Source: Isurus oxyrinchus
Lineage: Eukaryota
Assembly (NCBI GenBank): GCA_026770705.1
Contig: JANJGN010000013.1
Location: forward strand, 100,936,001-101,000,000
Direction: 5' to 3'
Length of the DNA: 64,000 nt
Each line of letters opens with the position of its first letter. Position 1 is the stretch's first letter. Shown here piece by piece: positions 27,101 through 42,100 of this stretch. The translations under genes and the position numbers were made by a program. The notes beneath the pieces are model-generated. The model was given only the letters and a program-made list of their open reading frames with translations, searched no databases and was not told where the DNA came from.

Positions 27101-30100
27101 AAATAAGTGCCAAATGGGTTTTCCACAGTATTATTGGTAATGTTCTTACTTCATAAATGTGCTTCTTTATGCTTTGTTCTGGCAGTGGTTTCTGATGGTA
27201 AAATTGTTAAATGATAATAAATTGTTAACGGTTTGTGTAAGCTTAGGTTCAACTTTTAAGCCACATTTTACAAAATGTGAGGACAAACACCTTGTTCCTT
27301 TACTTTCCTCACTGCTTATTGATGTATATTTGTTTTGTGATTCAAAGACGTGTTGGTTAAAGAGGTATGAGAATTGTGATTGTTGCCAGTTATAGTTGAT
27401 ATCTGGCATTATCAAGTATTTCTTTTGGTCGAGGACGGAACAGTTAAGTAAGGTTGTTGAATTGATTGGAGTCAGTCCGCTGTGTCATTGTTGGATGAGT
27501 GATTGTGTTATTGGCAGTATCTTTGAATTAGCAAGCGATACGGATAATGAAGATGGCCCAAAACTCTTTGAGAAATGGAGGAACTGGGGCCTGACAATTC
27601 CATTTATTTTTTCAAAGCAAATATTGACATTGAAAATTTGCGATTATTTGCGTTTTTGCATTTGTAGTTTGAAGAACTATCAGGTTGTTGTTATTAATTT
27701 TAGAGTCCTAAATGCATTTATTTGAACGAATGATGATAGCAGAAGACATCAGGTTATCTGATGAGTAGAGAAATGCTTGTCTGTCCTGAGGCCAAGAGGA
27801 TGTGCTTAAAAGCATCTCATTTGATGAACTGGAAAACGAAAGGATTCTTTTGGGGTGATTTTGGGCAATGATGAGGCTTCCATGTGAAATATGTTTTTGA
27901 AAAGGCAGAGAACATTATTTTCTCAAAATGGAATACAGCAAGGTTTCCATTTGCAAATAATTGGTGAAGTAGTGATGAGAAGTGCCATGTGCTGAGTGGG
28001 ATTTTTAAATTGCGCCCTTGAAGTTGTTAGAAATAACAATCAGTTTGAAATCTTTCAAATTAAGTTTTGCCTGTTAAGAAGTGCTCAATCTTGTGAATAG
28101 ATGCAAATGAAGCATTTGCTGATACCATGTCATTGAAGATATTATTGCCTGAAAATTAAGTGCCTTTTATTGGCAAATTTGTCCAGGAATTGCTCTGGAA
28201 GTTATCCTCTACCTTATTGGAAGGGAATTGCTGCTAGGCTATGTTGTATATAATTACTGTTCTATTTCTTTTCTTTGTAGAATTAAGTGTAAGTTGCTCC
28301 TTCAACTGAACCAGATGTTGCGAATATCTCAACATTATCTCAGAAGCCGATGCAGCCAGTAGTGAATTAATAATCTGCCTTTTCCTCTGGCATTTAGGGC
28401 CAACGCCATTTGGAGGAGCAGGAAGACCAAGAACTTCAGAGACCACCTTCAGTGGTGAGTATTGTTCTTCTCCTCATCAGCATGTTAAGTTAAATTTCTG
28501 TGATTCGGATGTAAGTATTCTGTAATACTTCCTCTGCTACGTTAGATATAATCTTTCCTTGTAAACAACTGCTCATTCTTGTCAACAAAAGATTATGAAG
28601 CGTTTGTTGACACTCTGTCATTAATGATATTCTTGCCGGAAAAGCAAATGCCTTTTGCTAGCAACTTGCTCCAGCACGTGCTCTGGAGGTTAACTGCTAG
28701 ATTTTGAGAATTGAATTGGTGATAGGAGATTTTGGGAATAATTATTTTTCTGTTTCTTACCTTTGTAGTATCATCTCTAGCTTACTCCTTCAACTGATGC
28801 AAATTTAGTTTACATTTTCTAGGAAAGCGATGCATCCAGTAGTGATTTTATATATTGCACCATTTTCTCCGATATTTAGGGCCATCACCATTTGGTGGAT
28901 CTGGAAGACCAAGAACTTCAGAGACCACCATCAGTGGTGAGTATTATTCTTCTCCTTATCAGCGTGTTAAGTTCAATTTCTGCGATTTTTGTATTAGTAT
29001 GCTGAAATATTTCCTCTGCTACATTAAGTATAATCTTTCCTTGTAAACAATCGCTCATTCTTGTCGACAAAAGACAATGAATTGTTTGTTGACATTTGTT
29101 GACACCATATGCTTGCCTGAAAAGCAAATGCCTTTTGCAGGCAATTTGCTCCAGCAACTGCTCTGTAGATTAACTGCTGGATTTTGAGAATTGAATTAGT
29201 GATAAGTGATTTTGGGTATAACTATTTTTCTGTTTCTTACCTTTCTAGTATCATCTCTAACGTGTTCCTTCAACTGAAGTAAATTCAGTGTACATTATGT
29301 AGGAAAGCGATGCAGCCAGCAGTGAATTAATATGCTTTACCATTTTCTCTGGTATTTAGGGCCAACACCATTTGGAGGAACAGGGAAACCAACAACCTCA
29401 GAGACTACCATCAGTGGTGGTGAGAATTGTTCTTCTCCTCATCAGCATGTTAAGTTAATGTTGTGAGATTCGTGTATTAATATTCTGTAATATTTCCTCT
29501 GCTACATAGTGCGAACACTAACGACAGTGACAGGTGTACTTCCTGCTTCAGAAACCAGCATTTCTGGTGAGTAGAGCTAATTTGATTTGATTAGGTTAAA
29601 TTATTTCAGAGCGATTTGTGATTTAGCGCTCTGCAATATGATTTCTGCTGCATAGGACCAACCCAAGCTACAGGGACAGGATTTGCAATGGTTTCAGAAA
29701 CCAGGATTACCGGTGAGCACATGTTTTCTCATTGCCATGTGAAGTTTGCCCTGCCAGCTGCAGGCAGTCAAGAGTCTTGATGTTTTTGCAAAATTGAAGT
29801 TGATGATATGTTGAGTCCAATCACATGGAAATATCTAAATGAGTGCCAAATGAGTTGTTCCACAGTATTATTGGTAATGTTCTTACTTCATAAATGTGCT
29901 TCTTTATGCTTTGTTCTGGCAGTGGTTTCTGATGGTAAAATTGTCAAATGATAATAAATTGTTAATGCTTTGTGTAAGCTTAGGTTAACTACTAGATTTT
30001 GAGAATTGAATTAGTGATAGGAGATTTTGGGTATAACTATTTTTCTGTTTCTTACCTTTCTAGTATCATCTCTAACATGTTCCTTCAACTGAAGGAAATT

Positions 30101-33100
30101 CAGACTACATTATATAGGAAAGCGATGCAGCCAGCAGTGAATTAATATGCTTACCATTTTCTCTGGTATTTAGGGCCAACACCATTTGGAGGAACAGGGA
30201 AACCAACAACCTCAGAGACTACCATCAGTGGTGGTGAGAATTGTTCTTCTCCTCATCAGCATCTTAAGTTAATGTTGTGCGATTCGTCTGTTAATATTCT
30301 GTGATATTTTCTCTGCTACATAGTGCCAACATTTACTACAGTGACAGGTGTACTTCCTTCTTCAGAGACTAGCATTTCTGGTGTGTAGAACTAATTTCAT
30401 CTGATTAGGTGAAATTATTTCAGAGCGATTTGTGATTTAGCTATCTGCCATATGATCTCTGTTACATAGGACCAACTCCAGCTACAGGGACAGGCATTGC
30501 CATGGTTTCAGAAACCAAGATTACTGGTGAGGGCATTTTTTCTCATTGCCATGTGAAGTTTGCACTGCTAACTGTGGGTAGTCAAGGGTCTTGATGTTTT
30601 TTGCAAAATTGAAGTTGATGACATGTTGAGTCCAATCACATGGAAATGTATAAATGAGTGCCATATGAGTTGTTCCATAGAATTATTGGTAATGTTCTTA
30701 CTTCATAAATGTGCTTCTTTATGTTTTGTTCTGGCAGTGGTTTCTGATGGTAAAATTGTCAAATGATAATAAATTGTTAACGCTTTGTGTAAGCTTAGGT
30801 GCAATTTTTATGCCACATTTTACAAAATGTGAGCAGAAATACCTTGTGCCTTTACTTACCTCACTGCTTATTGATGCATATTTGTTTTTTGATTAAAAGA
30901 CGTGTTGATTAACGAGGTATGAGAATTATGATTGTTGCCAGTTATAGTTGATATCTGGCATTGTCAAGTATTTCTTTCGGTCGAGGACGGAGCTGTTAAG
31001 TAAGCTTGTTGAATTGATTGGAGTCAGTCCGATGTGTCATTGTCGGATGAGTGATTGTGTTATTGGCAGTATCTTTGAATAGCAAGAGATACGGATCATG
31101 AAGACAGCCCAAAACCTTTTGAGAAATGGAGGAACTGGGGCCTGACAATTCCATTTGTTTTTTTGAAGCAAATATGGAAATTGGAAATTTGCGATTATTT
31201 GCTTTTTTGCATTTGTAGTTTGAAGAACTATCAGGTTGCTGTTATTAATTTTAGAAACCTAAATGCATTTATTTGAACGAATGATGATGGCAGAAGACAT
31301 CAGGTTATCTGATGAGTCGAGAAATGCTTGTCTGTCCTGAGGCCAATAGGATGTGCTTAATAGCATCTCAATTGATGAACTGGAAAATGAAAGGATTCTT
31401 TTGGGGTGATTTTGGGCAATGATGAGGCTTCCATGTGAAATATGTTTTTGGAAAGACAGAGAACATTATTTTCTCAAAATGGAATACAGCAAGGTTTCCA
31501 TTAGCAAATAATTGGTGAAGTAGTGATGAGAAGTGCCATGTGCTGAGTGGGATTTTTAAATTGCGCCCCTGAAGTTGTTAGAAATATCAATCAGTTTGAA
31601 ATCTTTCAAATTAATTTTGCCTGTTAAGAAGCGCTCAATCTTGTGAAGAAAAGCAAATGAAGCATTTGCTGACACCATGTTATTGAAGATATCATTGCCT
31701 GAAAATGAAGTGCCTTTTATCGGCAACTTTGTCCAGGAATTGCTCTGGAAGTTATCCTCTACCTTATTGGAAGGGAATTGCTGCTAGGCTTTGTTGTATA
31801 TAATTATTGTTCTATTCCTTATCTTTGTAGAAGTAATTGTATGTTACTCCTTCAACTGAACTAGATGATGCGAATATCTCAACATTATCTCAGAAGTCGA
31901 TGCAGCCAGTAGTGAATTAATAATCTGCCATTTCCTCTGGCATTTAGGGCCAACACCATTTGGTGGAACTGGAAGGCCAAGAATTTTAGAGACCACCATC
32001 AGTGGTGAGTATGGCTCTTCTCCTCATCAGCATGTTAAGTTAAATTTCTGTGATTCGGGTATAAGTATTCTGTAATATTTCCTCTGCTACGTTAAATATA
32101 ATCTTTCCTTGTAAACAACTGCTCACTCTTGTCAACAAAAGATTATGAAGCGTTTGTTGACACTCTGTCATTAAGGATATTCTTGCCGGAAAAGCAAATG
32201 CCTTTTGCTAGCAACTTGCTGCAGCACCTGCTCTGGAGGTTAACTGCTAGATTTTGAGAATTGAATTGGTGATAGGAGATTTTGTGAATAATTATTTTTC
32301 TGTTTCTTTCCTTTGTAGTATCATTTCTAGCTTGCTCCTTCAACTGATGTAAATTCAGTGTACATTTTCTAGGAAAGCAATGCAGCCAGTAGTGATTTAA
32401 TATATTGCACCATTTTCTCCGGTATTTAGGGCCAACACCATTTGGTGGAACTGGAAGGCCAAGAACTTCAGAGACCACCATCAGTGGTGAGTATTGTTCT
32501 TCTCCTCATCAGCATGTTAAATAAAATTTCTGCGATTCGGGTATAAGTATTCTGTAATATTTCCTCTGCTACATCAAGTATAATCTTTCCTTGTAAACAA
32601 TCGCTCATTCTTGTCAACAAAAGACAATGAATTGTTTGTTGCCATTTGTTGACACCATGTCATTCATGATATTCTTGCCTGAAAAGCAAATGCCTTTTGC
32701 AGGCAATTTGCTCCAGCAACTGCTCTGGGGTTTAACTGCTTGATTTTGAGAATTGAATTAGTGATAGGAGATTTTGGGTATAACTATTTTTCTGTTTCTT
32801 ACCTTTCTAGTATCATCTCTAACATGTTCCTTCAACTGAAGTAAATTCAGTGTACATTATGTAGGAAAGCGATGCAGCCAGCAGTGAATTAATATGCTTT
32901 ACCATTTTCTCTGGTATTTAGGGCCAACACCATTTGGAGGAACAGGGAGACCAACAACTTCAGAGACTACCATCAGTGGTGGTGAGAATTGTTCTTCTCC
33001 TCATCAGCATGTTAAGTTAATGTTGTGCGATTCGTGTATTAATATTCTGTAATATTTCCCCTGCTACATAGTGCGAACACTAACGACAGTGACAGGTGTA

Positions 33101-36100
33101 CTTCCTGCTTCAGAAACCAGCATTTCTGGTGAGTAGAGCTAATTTCATTTGATTAGGTGAAATTATTTCAGAGCGATTTGTGAATTAGCGCTCTGCAATA
33201 TGATCTCTGCTGCATAGGACCAACCCAAGCTACAGGGACAGGATTTGCAATGGTTTCATAAATTAGGATTACTGGTGAGCACATGTTTTCTCATTGCCAT
33301 GTGAAGTTTGCCCTGCCAACTGCAGGCAGTCAAGGGTCTTGATGTTTTTGCAAAATTGAAGTTGATGTTATGTTGAGCCCAATCACATGGAAATGTCGAA
33401 ATAAGTGCCAAATGGGTTTTCCACAGTATTATTGGTAATGTTCTTACTTCATAAATGTGCTTCTTTATGCTTTGTTCTGGCAGTGGTTTCTGATGGTAAA
33501 ATTGTTAAATGATAATAAATTGTTAACGGTTTGTGTAAGCTTAGGTTCAACTTTTAAGCCACATTTTACAAAATGTGAGGACAAACACCTTGTTCCTTTA
33601 CTTTCCTCACTGCTTATTGATGTATATTTGTTTTGTGATTCAAAGACGTGTTGGTTAAAGAGGTATGAGAATTGTGATTGTTGCCAGTTATAGTTGATAT
33701 CTGGCATTATCAAGTATTTCTTTTGGTCGAGGACGGAACAGTTAAGTAAGGTTGTTGAATTGATTGGAGTCAGTCCGCTGTGTCATTGTTGGATGAGTGA
33801 TTGTGTTATTGGCAGTATCTTTGAATTAGCAAGCGATACGGATAATGAAGATGGCCCAAAACTCTTTGAGAAATGGAGGAACTGGGGCCTGACAATTCCA
33901 TTTATTTTTTCAAAGCAAATATTGAAATTGAAAATTTGTGATTATTTGTGTTTTTGCATTTGTCGTTTGAAGAACTATCAGGTTGCTGTTATTAATTTTA
34001 GAGTCCTAAATGCATTTATTTGAACGAATGATGATAGCAGAAGACATCAGGTTATCTGATGAGTAGAGAAATGCTTGTCTGTCCTGAGGCCAAGAGGATG
34101 TGCTTAAAAGCATCTCATTTGATGAACTGAAAAATGAAAGGATTCTTTTGGGGTGATTTTGGGCAATGATGAGGCTTCCATGTGAAATATGTATTTGGAA
34201 AGGCAGAGAACATTATTTTCTCAAAATGGAATACAGCAAGGTTTCCATTAGCAAATAATTGGTGAAGTAGTGATGAGAAGTGCCATGTGCTGAGTGGGAT
34301 TTTTAAATTGCGCCCTTGAAGTTGTTAGAAATAACAAACAGTTTGAAATCTTTCAAATTAAGTTTTGCCTGTTAAGAAGTGCTCAATCTTGTGAATAGAT
34401 GCAAATGAAGCATTTGCTGATACCATGTCATTGAAGATATTATTGCCTGAAAATTAAGTGCCTTTTATTGGCAAATTTGTCCAGGAATTGCTCTGGAAGT
34501 TATCCTCTACCTTATTGGAAGGGAATTGCTGCTAGGCTATGTTGTATATAATTACTGTTCTATTCCTTTTCTTTGTAGAATTAAGTGTAAGTTGCTCCTT
34601 CAACTGAACCAGATGTTGCGAATATCTCAACATTATCTCAGAAGCCGATGGAGCCAGTAGTGAATTAATAATCTGCCTTTTCCTCTGGCATTTAGGGCCA
34701 ACGCCATTTGGAGGAGCAGGAAGACCAAGAACTTCAGAGACCACCTTCAGTGGTGAGTATTGTTCTTCTCCTCATCAGCATGTTAAGTTAAATTTCTGTG
34801 ATTCGGATGTAAGTATTCTGTAATGTTTCCTCTGCTACGTTAGATATAATCTTTCCTTGTAATCAACTGCTCATTCTTGTCAACAAAAGATTATGAAGCG
34901 TTTGTTGACACTCTGTCATTAAGGATATTCTTGCCGGAAAAGCAAATGCCTTTTGCTAGCAACTTGCTCCAGCACGTGCTCTGGAGGTTAACTGCTAGAT
35001 TTTGAGAATTGAATTGGTGATAGGAGATTTTGGGAATAATTATTTTTCTGTTTCTTACCTTTGTAGTATCATCTCTAGCTTACTGCTTCAACTGATGCAA
35101 ATTTAGTTTACATTTTCTAGGAAAGCGATGCATCCAGTAGTGATTTTATATATTGTACCATTTTCTCCGATATTTAGGGCCAACACCATTTGGTGGATCT
35201 GGAAGACCAAGAACTTCAGAGACCACCATCAGTGGTGAGTATTATTCTTCTCCTTATCCGCGTGTTAAGTTCAATTTCTGCGATTTTTGTATTAGTATGC
35301 TGAAATATTTCCTCTGCTACATTAAGTATAATCTTTCCTTGTAAACAATCGCTCATTCTTGTCGACAAAAGACAATGAATTGTTTGTTGACATTTGTTGA
35401 CACCATATGCTTGCCTGAAAAGCAAATGCCTTTTGCAGGCAATTTGCTCCAGCAACTGCTCTGTAGATTAACTGCTGGATTTTGAGAATTGAATTAGTGA
35501 TAAGTGATTTTGGGTATAACTATTTTACTGTTTCTTACCTTTCTAGTATCATCTCTAACGTGTTCCTTCAACTGAAGTAAATTCAGTGTACATTATGTAG
35601 GAAAGCGATGCAGCCAGCAGTGAATTAATATGCTTTACCATTTTCTCTGGTATTTAGGGCCAACACCATTTGGAGGAACAGGGAAACCAACAACCTCAGA
35701 GACTACCATCAGTGGTGGTGAGAATTGTTCTTCTCCTCATCAGCATGTTAAGTTAATGTTGTGAGATTCGTGTATTAATATTCTGTAATATTTCCTCTGC
35801 TACATAGTGCGAACACTAACGACAGTGACAGGTGTACTTCCTGCTTCAGAAACCAGCATTTCTGGTGAGTAGAGCTAATTTCATTTGATTAGGTTAAATT
35901 ATTTCAGAGCGATTTGTGATTTAGCGCTCTGCAATATGATTTCTGCTGCATAGGACCAACCCAAGCTACAGGGACAGGATTTGCAATGGTTTCAGAAACC
36001 AGGATTACCGGTGAGCACATGTTTTCTCATTGCCATGTGAAGTTTGCCCTGCCAGCTGCAGGCAGTCAAGAGTCTTGATGTTTTTGCAAAATTGAAGTTG

Positions 36101-39100
36101 ATGATATGTTGAGTCCAATCACATGGAAATATCTGAATGAGTGCCAAATGAGTTGTTCCACAGTATTATTGGTAATGTTCTTACTTCATAAATGTGCTTC
36201 TTTATGCTTTGTTCTGGCAGTGGTTTTTGATGGTAAAATTGTCAAATGATAATAAATTGTTAATGCTTTGTGTAAGCTTAGGTTAACTACTAGATTTTGA
36301 GAATTGAATTAGTGATAGGAGATTTTGGGTATAATTATTTTTCTGTTTCTTACCTTTCTAGTATCATCTCTAATATGTTCCTTCAACTAAAGTAAATTCA
36401 GTGTACATTATATAGGAAAGCGATGCAGCCAGCAGTGAATTAATATGCTTTACCATTTTCTCTGGTATTTAGGGCCAACACCATTTGGAGGAACAGGGAA
36501 ACCAACAACCTCAGAGACTACCATCAGTGGTGGTGAGAATTGTTCTTCTCCTCATCAGCATCTTAAGTTAATGTTGTGCGATTCGTGTATTAATATTCTG
36601 TGATATTTTCTCTGCTACATAGTGCCAACATTTACTACAGTGACAGGTGTACTTCCTTCTTCAGAGACTAGCATTTCTGGTGTGTAGAACTAATTTCATC
36701 TGATTAGGTGAAACTATTTCAGAGCGATTTGTGATTTAGCTTTCTGCCATATGATCTCTGATACATAGGACCAACTCCAGCTACAGGGACAGGCATTGCC
36801 ATGTTTTCAGAAACCAAGATTACTGGTGAGGGCATGTTTTCTCATTGCCATGTGAAGTTTGCACTGCTAACTGTGGGTAGTCAAGGGTCTTGATGTTTTT
36901 TGCAAAATTGAAGTTGATGACATGTTGAGTCCAATCACATGGAAATGTATAAATGAGTGCCATCTGAGTTGTTCCATAGAATTATTGGTAATGTTCTTAC
37001 TTCATAAATGTGCTTCTTTATGCTTTGTTCTGGCAGTGGTTTCTGATGGTAAAATTGTCAAATGATAATAAATTGTTAACGCTTTGTGTAAGCTTAGGTG
37101 CAATTTTTATGCCACATTTTACAAAATGTGAGCAGAAATACCTTGTGCCTTTACTTACCTCACTGCTTATTGATGCATATTTGTTTTTTGATTAAAAGAC
37201 GTGTTGATTAAAGAGGTATGAGAATTATGATTGTTGCCAGTTATAGTTGATATCTGGCATTGTCAAGTATTTCTTTCGGTCAAGGACGGAGCTATTAAGT
37301 AAGCTTGTTGAATTGATGGGAGTCAGTCCGATGTGTCAATGTCGGATGAGTGATTGTGTTATTGGCAGTATCTTTGAATAGCAAGAGATACGGATCATGA
37401 AGACAGCCCAAAACCTTTTGAGAAATGGAGGATCTGGGGCCTGACAATTCCATTTGTTTTTTCGAAGCAAATATGGAAATTGAAAATTTGCGATTATTTG
37501 CTTTTTTGCATTTGTAGTTTGAAGAACTATCAGGTTGCTGTTATTAATTTTAGAAACCTAAATGCATTTATTTGAACGAATGATGATGGCAGAAGACATC
37601 AGGTTATCTGATGAGTCGAGAAATGCTTGTCTGTCCTGAGGCCAATAGGATGTGCTTAATAGCATCTCAATTGATGAACTGGAAAATGAAAGGATTCTTT
37701 TGGGGTGATTTTGGGCAATGAAGAGGCTTCCATGTGAAATATGTTTTTGGAAAGACAGAGAACATTATTTTCTCAAAATGGAATACAGCAAGGTTTCCAT
37801 TAGCAAATAATTGGTGAAGTAGTGATGAGAAGTGCCATGTGCTGAGTGGGATTTTTAAATTGCGCCTCTGAAGTTGTTAGAAATATCAATCAGTTTGAAA
37901 TCTTTCAAATTAATTTTGCCTGTTAAGAAGCGCTCAATCTTGTGAAGAAAAGCAAATGAAGCATTTGCTGACACCATGTCATTGAAGATATCATTGCCTG
38001 AAAATGAAGTGCCTTTTATCGGCAACTTTGTCCAGGAATTGCTCTGGAAGTTATCCTCTACCTTATTGGAAGGGAATTGCTGCTAGGCTTTGTTGTATAT
38101 AATTATTGTTCTATTCCTTATCTTTGTAGAAGTAATTGTATGTTGCTCCTTCAACTGAACTAGATGATGCGAATATCTCAACATTATCTCAGAAGTCGAT
38201 GCAGCCAGTAGTGAATTAATAATCTGCCATTTCCTCTGGCATTTAGGGCCAACACCATTTGGTGGAACTGGAAGGCCAAGAATTTTAGAGACCACCATCA
38301 GTGGTGAGTATGGCTCTTCTCCTCATCAGCATGTTAAGTTAAATTTCTGTGATTCGGGTATAAGTATTCTGTAATATTTCCTCTGCTACGTTAAATATAA
38401 TCTTTCCTTGTAAACAACTGCTCATTCTTGTCAACAAAAGATTATGAAGCATTTGTTGACACCCTGTCATTAATGATATTCTTGCCGGAAAAGCAAATGC
38501 GTTTTGCAGGCAACTTGCTGCAGCACCTGCTCTGGAGGTAACCGCTAGATTTTGAGAATTGAATTGGTGATAGGAGATTTTGTGAATAATTATTTTTCTG
38601 TTTCTTACCTTTGTAGTATCATTTCTAGCTTGCTCCTTCAACTGATGTAAATTCAGTGTACATTTTCTAGGAAAGCAATGCAGCCAGTAGTGATTTAATA
38701 TATTGCACCATTTTCTCCGGTATTTAGGGCCAACACCATTTGGTGGAACTGGAAGGCCAAGAACTTCAGAGACCACCATCAGTGGTGAGTATTGTTCTTC
38801 TCCTCATCAGCACGTTAAATAAAATTTCTGCGATTCGGGTATAAGTATTCTGCAATATTTCCTCTGCTACATCAAGTATAATCTTTCCTTGTAAACAATC
38901 GCTCATTCTTGTCAACAAAAGACAATGAATTGTTTGTTGCCATTTGTTGACACCATGTCATTCATGATATTCTTGCCTGAAAAGCAAATGCCTTTTGCAG
39001 GCAATTTGCTCCAGCAACTGCTCTGGGGTTTAACTGCTTGATTTTGAGAATTGAATTAGTGATAGGAGATTTTGGGTATAACTATTTTTCTGTTTCTTAC

Positions 39101-42100
39101 CTTTCTAGTATCATCTCTAACATGTTCCTTCAACTGAAGTAAATTCAGTGTACATTATGTAGGAAAGCGATGCAGCCAGCAGTGAATTAATATGCTTTAC
39201 CATTTTCTCTGGTATTTAGGGCCAACACCATTTGGAGGAACAGGGAGACCAACAACTTCAGAGACTACCATCAGTGGTGGTGAGAATTGTTCTTCTCCTC
39301 ATCAGCATGTTAAGTTAATGTTGTGCGATTCGTGTATTAATATTCTGTAATATTTCCCCTGCTACATAGTGCGAACACTAACGACAGTGACAGGTGTACT
39401 TCCTGCTTCAGAAACCAGCATTTCTGGTGAGTAGAGCTAATTTCATTTGATTAGGTGAAATTATTTCAGAGCGATTTGTGAATTAGCGCTCTGCAATATG
39501 ATCTCTGCTGCATAGGACCAACCCAAGCTACAGGGACAGGATTTGCAATGGTTTCATAAATTAGTGAGCACATGTTTTCTCATTGCCATGTGAAGTTTGC
39601 CCTGCCAACTGCAGGCAGTCAAGGGTCTTGATGTTTTTGCAAAATTGAAGTTGATGTTATGTTGAGCCCAATCACATGGAAATGTCGAAATAAGTGCCAA
39701 ATGGGTTTTCCACAGTATTATTGGTAATGTTCTTACTTCATAAATGTGCTTCTTTATGCTTTGTTCTGGCAGTGGTTTCTGATGGTAAAATTGTTAAATG
39801 ATAATAAATTGTTAACGGTTTGTGTAAGCTTAGGTTCAACTTTTAAGCCACATTTTACAAAATGTGAGGACAAACACCTTGTTCCTTTACTTTCCTCACT
39901 GCTTATTGATGTATATTTGTTTTGTGATTCAAAGACGTGTTGGTTAAAGAGGTATGAGAATTGTGATTGTTGCCAGTTATAGTTGATATCTGGCATTATC
40001 AAGTATTTCTTTTGGTCGAGGACGGAACAGTTAAGTAAGGTTGTTGAATTGATTGGAGTCAGTCCGCTGTGTCATTGTTGGATGAGTGATTGTGTTCTTG
40101 GCAGTATCTTTGAATTCGCAAGCGATACGGATAATGAAGATGGCCCAAAACTCTTTGAGAAATGGAGGAACTGGGGCCTGACAATTCCATTTATTTTTTC
40201 AGAGCAAATATTGAAATTGAAAATTTGCGATTATTTGTGTTTTTGCATTTGTCGTTTGAAGAACTATCAGGTTGCTGTTATTAATTTTAGAGTCCTAAAT
40301 GCATTTATTTGAACGAATGATGATAGCAGAAGGCATCAGGTTATCTGATGAGTAGAGAAATGCTTGTCTGTCCTGAGGCCAAGAGGATGTGCTTAAAAGC
40401 ATCTCATTTGATGAACTGAAAAATGGAAGGATTCTTTTGGGGTGATTTTGGGCAATGATGAGGCTTCCATGTGAAATATGTATTTGGAAAGAGAACATTA
40501 TTTTCTCAAAATGGAATACAGCAAGGTTTCCATTAGCAAATAATTGGTGAAGTAGTGATGAGAAGTGCCATGTGCTGAGTGGGATTTTTAAATTGCGCCC
40601 TTGAAGTTGTTAGAAATAACAATCAGTTTGAAATCTTTCAAATTAAGTTTTGCCTGTTTCGAAGTGCTCAATCTTGTGAATAGATGCAAATGAAGCATTT
40701 GCTGATACCATGTCATTGAAGATATTATTGCCTGAAAATTAAGTGCCTTTTATTGGCAAATTTGTCCAGGAATTGCTCTGGAAGTTATCCTCTACCTTAT
40801 TGGAAGGGAATTGCTGCTAGGCTATGTTGTATATAATTACTGTTCTATTCCTTTTCTTTGTAGAATTAAGTGTAAGTTGCTCCTTGAACTGAACCAGATG
40901 TTGCGAATATCTCAACATTATCTCAGAAGCCGATGCAGCCAGTAGTGAATTAATAATCTGCCTTTTCCTCTGGCATTTAGGGCCAACGCCATTTGGAGGA
41001 GCAGGAAGACCAAGAACTTCAGAGACCACCTTCAGTGGTGAGTATTGTTCTTCTCCTCATCAGCATGTTAAGTTAAATTTCTGTGATTCGGATGTAAGTA
41101 TTCTGTAATATTTCCTCTGCTACGTTAGATATAATCTTTCCTTGTAATCAACTGCTCATTCTTGTCAACAAAAGATTATGAAGCGTTTGTTGACACTCTG
41201 TCATTAAGGATATTCTTGCCGGAAAAGCAAATGCCTTTTGCTAGCAACTTGCTCCAGCACGTGCTCTGGAGGTTAACTGCTAGATTTTGAGAATTGAATT
41301 GGTGATAGGAGATTTTGGGAATAATTATTTTTCTGTTTCTTACCTTTGTAGTATCATCTCTAGCTTACTGCTTCAACTGATGCAAATTTAGTTTACATTT
41401 TCTAGGAAAGCGATGCATCCAGTAGTGATTTTATATATTGTACCATTTTCTCCGATATTTAGGGCCAACACCATTTGGTGGATCTGGAAGACCAAGAACT
41501 TCAGAGACCACCATCAGTGGTGAGTATTATTCTTCTCCTTATCAGCGTGTTAAGTTCAATTTCTGCGATTTTTGTATTAGTATGCTGAAATATTTCCTCT
41601 GCTACATTAAGTATAATCTTTCCTTGTAAACAATCGCTCATTCTTGTCGACAAAAGACAATGAATTGTTTGTTGACATTTGTTGACACCATATGCTTGCC
41701 TGAAAAGCAAATGCCTTTTGCAGGCAATTTGCTCCAGCAACTGCTCTGCAGATTAACTGCAGGATTTTGAGAATTGAATTAGTGATAAGTGATTTTGGGT
41801 ATAACTATTTTTCTGTTTCTTACCTTTCTAGTATCATCTCTAACGTGATCCTTCAACTGAAGTAAATTCAGTGTACATTATGTAGGAAAGCGATGCAGCC
41901 AGCAGTGAATTAATATGCTTTACCATTTTCTCTGGTATTTAGGGCCAACACCATTTGGAGGAACAGGGAAACCAACAACCTCAGTGACTACCATCAGTGG
42001 TGGTGAGAATTGTTCTTCTCCTCATCAGCATGTTAAGTTAATGTTGTGAGATTCGTGTATTAATATTCTGTAATATTTCCTCTGCTACATAGTGCGAACA